Part shown: positions 6,394 through 10,135 of the stretch, piece by piece
Layout of the letters: each line of letters starts with the position of its first letter
Numbering within the stretch: position 1 is the first letter of the stretch
Assembly: GCA_028698185.1 (NCBI GenBank)
Contig: JAQVDW010000042.1
Span: forward strand, 1 to 10,135
DNA length: 10,135 nt
DNA from: Erysipelotrichaceae bacterium
Lineage (GTDB): Bacteria > Bacillota_I > Bacilli_A > Erysipelotrichales > Coprobacillaceae
Direction: 5' to 3'
The notes under the pieces: generated by a model
Database searches by the model: none
Told to the model about the DNA's origin: nothing
The model's input: only the letters and a program-made list of their open reading frames with translations
Program-made: the position numbers and the translations under genes

Positions 6394-6417
6394 TACCACA
6401 CAAACTGATGAAGCCTC
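6394..6417. repeat. IS right terminal inverted repeat
   Basis: The reverse complement is GAGGCTTCATCAGTTTGTGTGGTA, which matches the left repeat at 19/24 positions without gaps. Confidence 0.8.
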
Positions 6418-6425
6418 AAAAAACC
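6418..6425. repeat. target-site duplication (right copy)
   Basis: AAAAAACC, identical to 4930-4937. Confidence 0.7.
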
Positions 6426-6445
6426 GAACCTTATCAAAAGTCCGG
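6418..6445 (-). terminator. probable rho-independent terminator of yjdM, U-tract interrupted by the IS
   Basis: The minus-strand RNA reads CCGGACUU-uugau-AAGGUUCGG-UUUUUU: 8 bp including one G-U and a 1-nt bulge. It starts 15 nt after the yjdM stop. The stem is weak, so confidence is moderate at best. Confidence 0.4.
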
Positions 6446-6459
6446 CATAGTTTTCAGGT

Positions 6460-6798
6460 TTAGATTTTCTTGACGAATTCCGATTTGAGCGACATTTGTC
6501 CGAATCCCTCAATCTTGCAGTCGATGTTGTGGTCCCCTTCGACTAGACGGATACCTTTTACTTTTGTTCCCATCTTCAGAACTTTAGAGCTCCCTTTTAC
6601 CTTGAGATCCTTGATGATGGTGATCGTGTCCCCGTCACTCAGGATATTTCCGTTTGAATCTCTTACCACATTCCCTTGTTCTTCTTCAACTGTGGTTCCC
6701 GGTGCCCACTCATGACCACATTCGGGACAGACAAGAAGGTTGCCATCCTCATAGGTGTAAGGGGAATTGCATTGTGGACAATTTGGTAAATCTTGCAT
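6460..6798 (-). CDS. yjdM: zinc-ribbon protein YjdM (PhnA family), 112 aa
   Basis: Lies in ORF 6460..6954, with the start trimmed to ATG 6798 ([31 protein letters not shown]...), preceded by GGAGAT. It has an N-terminal CPxC...CPxC zinc ribbon and the conserved C-terminal ...[43 protein letters not shown] typical of PhnA/YjdM. Confidence 0.9.
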   Translation of the reverse strand: MQDLPNCPQCNSPYTYEDGNLLVCPECGHEWAPGTTVEEEQGNVVRDSNGNILSDGDTITIIKDLKVKGSSKVLKMGTKVKGIRLVEGDHNIDCKIEGFGQMSLKSEFVKKI

Positions 6799-6857
6799 TA
6801 TAACATCTCCATTCTTATGTATTTGCGCAAAAAAGGTAACGTTGCGCGTGCGGGGAA

Positions 6858-6886
6858 ATGATACCACAACATTCCCCTCATTACAA
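6858..6886 (-). promoter_or_regulatory. candidate promoter of yjdM
   Basis: On the minus strand: -35 TTGTAA (6881-6886), 17-nt spacer, extended -10 TGgTATCAT (6858-6866). This predicts a leader of about 50 nt. The -10 is bracketed by an imperfect inverted repeat, GGGGAAaTG...CATTCCCC (6852-6877). Confidence 0.45.
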
Positions 6887-7217
6887 GGACTTAATTTTTG
6901 CACTAAAATTGTAATCATGTGCCGGGAACAGGCAGTCTGATTGATTCCGCCCATTGGATCCCTAACACCAAAGTGATCAGGATATCACGAACATAACATA
7001 ACAGAAATTTCCTTGAAGCCATGATCGCCGAGTTGTCCATCGGGATTGCCAGAACCTAAAAAGCGTTGATCTATATACTGTCGGGTAGAATAGTGGTACA
7101 ATCAAGGTGTAATAATGGTTGAATTATCCATTGTTTTTCAAATTCGGCCAATCATTTTGTGCCATATTGTTTTTGTGGCATACAAGCCCGCGGGGAAGAA
7201 TCTTTGGAGGTGATAAT

Positions 7218-7679
7218 ATGAACAGCGGGATTTTGAAAAGCAAGTTTTCATCAACTTTGTTTGTCATGGTTGTCGGCAGTATACTGACAGTGCTGGTTTT
7301 CATGGCCATGGTATGGTTCTATTATGTCGCTTTGAATTTTGACAGTCCGGTGGCAGCAACCCGGGTCGGTCTTAATGTGGCGATAATAATTGTTAGTTAT
7401 ATCATGTTTGGCGGAGGTTGGTATGTCCTGGCAAAGTCGCATTTGCCTGATGTCTTGAAGGCGGCTGCTTTGCCGGTGTTTGTGACAGTCAATATCGAGT
7501 TGGTCATGGATATCATGCTTGCTACGCAAATCAATATCCCTTTGTTTATAGTCGATGGGATTATGATGCTGTGGTTGGTGGGGTATTGTTTTATCAAAAA
7601 GTTGCCATTTTTATATTATCTCGGTGTGGCAGTGGCTTTTGTCTGGCATGTGGGCTTTGTCTTCATGCTTTCCGGATGA
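7218..7679 (+). CDS. hypothetical integral membrane protein (153 aa, ~5 TM)
   Basis: Lies in ORF 7119..7679. GGAGGTG (7206-7212) sits upstream of ATG 7218 (MNSGILKSKF...). The protein has five hydrophobic segments. No family recognised. Confidence 0.7.
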   Translation: MNSGILKSKFSSTLFVMVVGSILTVLVFMAMVWFYYVALNFDSPVAATRVGLNVAIIIVSYIMFGGGWYVLAKSHLPDVLKAAALPVFVTVNIELVMDIMLATQINIPLFIVDGIMMLWLVGYCFIKKLPFLYYLGVAVAFVWHVGFVFMLSG

Positions 7680-7840
7680 GAGTTATTTGGTAATTCTAGG
7701 AGTTTCGTCTTTTAAAGGGCTATGAGTTGGGGATTGACCAATATAGCTTTGGAAAGAAGATGTTTACTATTTGGAAGATCTGAAGGTATCTGTTGAGACG
7801 ACCTGGTTGTTTGTACAATCATATGAATTTTTGCCAAATT

Positions 7841-7867
7841 AAAAGTCGAATCTTGGATTCGACTTTT
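7841..7867. terminator. bidirectional rho-independent terminator
   Basis: AAAAGTCGAATC (7841-7852) pairs with GATTCGACTTTT (7856-7867) in a perfect 12-bp stem with a 3-nt loop (innermost pairs probably open). It lies 6 nt downstream of the GH1 stop (7874, minus strand) and also downstream of the + strand gene ending at 7679. Confidence 0.8.
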
Positions 7868-7873
7868 AGAATA

Positions 7874-9355
<1,482 letters not shown>

Positions 9356-9414
9356 CTACCTCCTGTTTTTTTACATTCTACATTGAATGGGCACTTATGG
9401 TTGCGAATATTCAA

Positions 9415-9437
9415 AATTTGAAAATCAGTTTCAAATT
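9415..9437. promoter_or_regulatory. candidate operator or leader hairpin upstream of the GH1 gene
   Basis: A perfect 9-bp inverted repeat, AATTTGAAA-atcag-TTTCAAATT, is centred about 74 nt upstream of the GH1 start codon. It is cre-like (TGAAA...TTTCA), but the half-site spacing is 1 nt longer than canonical cre. Confidence 0.3.
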
Positions 9438-9659
9438 CTGGAAAAGTTAAGTCGGCCCTGAACATTCAGACATTAGCCTTACTACTTGGACATCTCATGA
9501 CAAAAGTCACTAGTGTTCTTAGCTTAGTAATAAAAATTTGCCCGCAATTGCTCAATTGAGAGCTTGTAGGTTTGCGAATATCCAACGGTCCACTTTGATG
9601 ATTTCCCGGCCAAAGTGTGAAATATTACGGCATTCACGAATCTCAACAGCTAGCTATAG

Positions 9660-9959
9660 CTATTGGTTATTCAAAAATAATTTCAATGCTAATAAAATTA
9701 TTGTTATCATCAATATGCAACCCGCAAATAAACGTATTTTACTCGTTTTCTCACCTGATTTTAATTTGTAATATTCAACACCAATGGCAACAAGAAGACG
9801 TTGCGACATTATGAAGAGCAGTATAAGATTTGAGTACTCATTTAAATAGGGCAGTGAATATATAAAAGCAATCACTTCTAAAGTCAACGTAAAATAATAT
9901 GTGATTCTGACAGCTTTTAGATATTGAAAAATTTCCATTTCATCCATATGACTATACAT
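9660..9959 (-). CDS. hypothetical small membrane protein (99 aa, 3 hydrophobic segments) in a low-GC islet
   Basis: This is the only long ORF in a region of about 28% GC. GGGGGA (9969-9974) is 9 nt upstream of ATG 9959, and an in-frame TGA lies immediately upstream of the ATG. No family recognised. Coding status is not certain. Confidence 0.5.
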   Translation of the reverse strand: MYSHMDEMEIFQYLKAVRITYYFTLTLEVIAFIYSLPYLNEYSNLILLFIMSQRLLVAIGVEYYKLKSGEKTSKIRLFAGCILMITIILLALKLFLNNQ

Positions 9960-10010
9960 TCAGTTATTCCCCCAATACATAATAATCATTATTATTGTAC
10001 TAAAAAAGTG

Positions 10011-10135
10011 GCTCTTCGCCACTATGTGTGGGCAAAGTTTTATTGATAAGCAACTAATTTCATTGAATTCATCACGTTTAACTTGTTTTTCTTGATACAA
10101 AAAAGGACATATGGTATTTTCTTAAGCGACAAAAC
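10011..10135 (+). mobile_element. terminal inverted repeat and first ~125 bp of a second, different ISL3-family element (continues beyond window)
   Basis: GGCTCTTCGCCACTATGTGTGGGC matches the left repeat of the first IS (GGCTCTTGATTAGTTTGTGTGGTA) at 16/24 positions. The match includes the terminal GGCTCTT and the TGTGTGG block at the same offset. Like the first IS, it is preceded by an A6 run (AAAAAAGT). Confidence 0.5.

Larger units (their letters stand above)
4938..6417 (+). mobile_element. ISL3-family insertion sequence, 1480 bp, complete ends, inactivated transposase
   Basis: It has 24-bp imperfect terminal inverted repeats (19/24 ungapped) starting with GGCTCTT and flanking 8-bp direct repeats. 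Its single gene encodes an ISL3-type transposase with an N-terminal zinc-finger-like HQCRCGICGKK...KCKDHG and a DDE region with IGIDETSYRKGHKY. Confidence 0.85.

Noticed and set aside
6825-6847. The hairpin GCGCAA-N11-TTGCGC in the predicted yjdM 5' leader, considered as an attenuator or riboswitch element.
   Set aside because: It has only 6 bp and no following U-tract. The leader is about 50 nt, too short for known riboswitch classes.
6973-6988. A perfect GTGAT-N6-ATCAC dyad in the yjdM/membrane-protein divergent region, considered as a second Crp/Fnr site.
   Set aside because: Perfect 5-N6-5 dyads are expected about 10 times per 10 kb by chance. It lies more than 85 bp from either predicted promoter and does not resemble the 1557-1582 palindrome beyond GT.A/T.AC.
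7021-7059. A GC-rich patch encoding MIAELSIGIART* in the 6955-7118 intergenic region, considered as a gene remnant or micro-ORF.
   Set aside because: It has 12 codons, no RBS and no recognisable similarity by eye. This cannot be supported without a database search.
9415-9437. Calling the TGAAAATCAGTTTCA dyad a canonical CcpA cre site.
   Set aside because: cre (TGWAANCGNTNWCA) has an even 14-bp layout with a central CG. This dyad has a 5-nt centre (ATCAG), one base too long. It is kept only as a generic candidate operator.
9401-9581. The direct repeat TTGCGAATAT at 9401-9410 and 9572-9581.
   Set aside because: Repeated 10-mers are expected dozens of times in a 10-kb window by chance. There is no extended similarity around them.
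10003-10135. A minus-strand open frame of 31 codons entering from the right edge (stop at 10040-10042), followed by the hairpin AGTGGC-tcttc-GCCACT (10008-10024) and a T-run. This was considered as the 3' end of a gene plus its terminator.
   Set aside because: The hairpin coincides with the GGCTCTT...TGTGTGG ISL3-type terminal repeat, which I consider the stronger signal. The 31-aa translation (VLSLKKIPYVLFCIKKNKLNVMNSMKLVAYQ) is uninformative. The alternative cannot be excluded without sequence beyond 10135.

Overview
This looks like a chromosomal segment from a Firmicutes/Lactobacillales-type genome. That assignment is an inference from GGAGG-type ribosome binding sites, gene content and ISL3 elements. 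Left to right the window contains: a YczE-like membrane protein (+); a Crp/Fnr-family regulator (-); a divergent YitT-like membrane protein, SDR oxidoreductase and frameshifted, truncated Fe-alcohol-dehydrogenase remnant (+); a 122-aa membrane protein (+); a DEDDh 3'-5' exonuclease gene broken by an in-frame TAG (-); a full-length 1480-bp ISL3-family IS with 24-bp inverted repeats and an 8-bp target duplication but a doubly broken transposase (+); yjdM/phnA (-); a 153-aa membrane protein (+); a GH1 6-phospho-beta-glucosidase (-); a roughly 28% GC islet with a 99-aa 3-TM ORF (-); and the terminal repeat of a second ISL3-family element at the right edge. I saw no rRNA, tRNA, CRISPR array or recognisable defence or toxin-antitoxin system, and no convincing novel multi-gene system. 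The points most worth follow-up are: (1) the Crp/Fnr-centred locus, with a 26-bp imperfect palindrome in overlapping divergent promoters and two YitT-superfamily membrane proteins; (2) three independently decayed genes within about 3 kb; (3) the IS inserted in the U-tract of the yjdM terminator; (4) the low-GC islet bounded by a second IS end. All product calls come from motif recognition by eye and none has been checked against a database.
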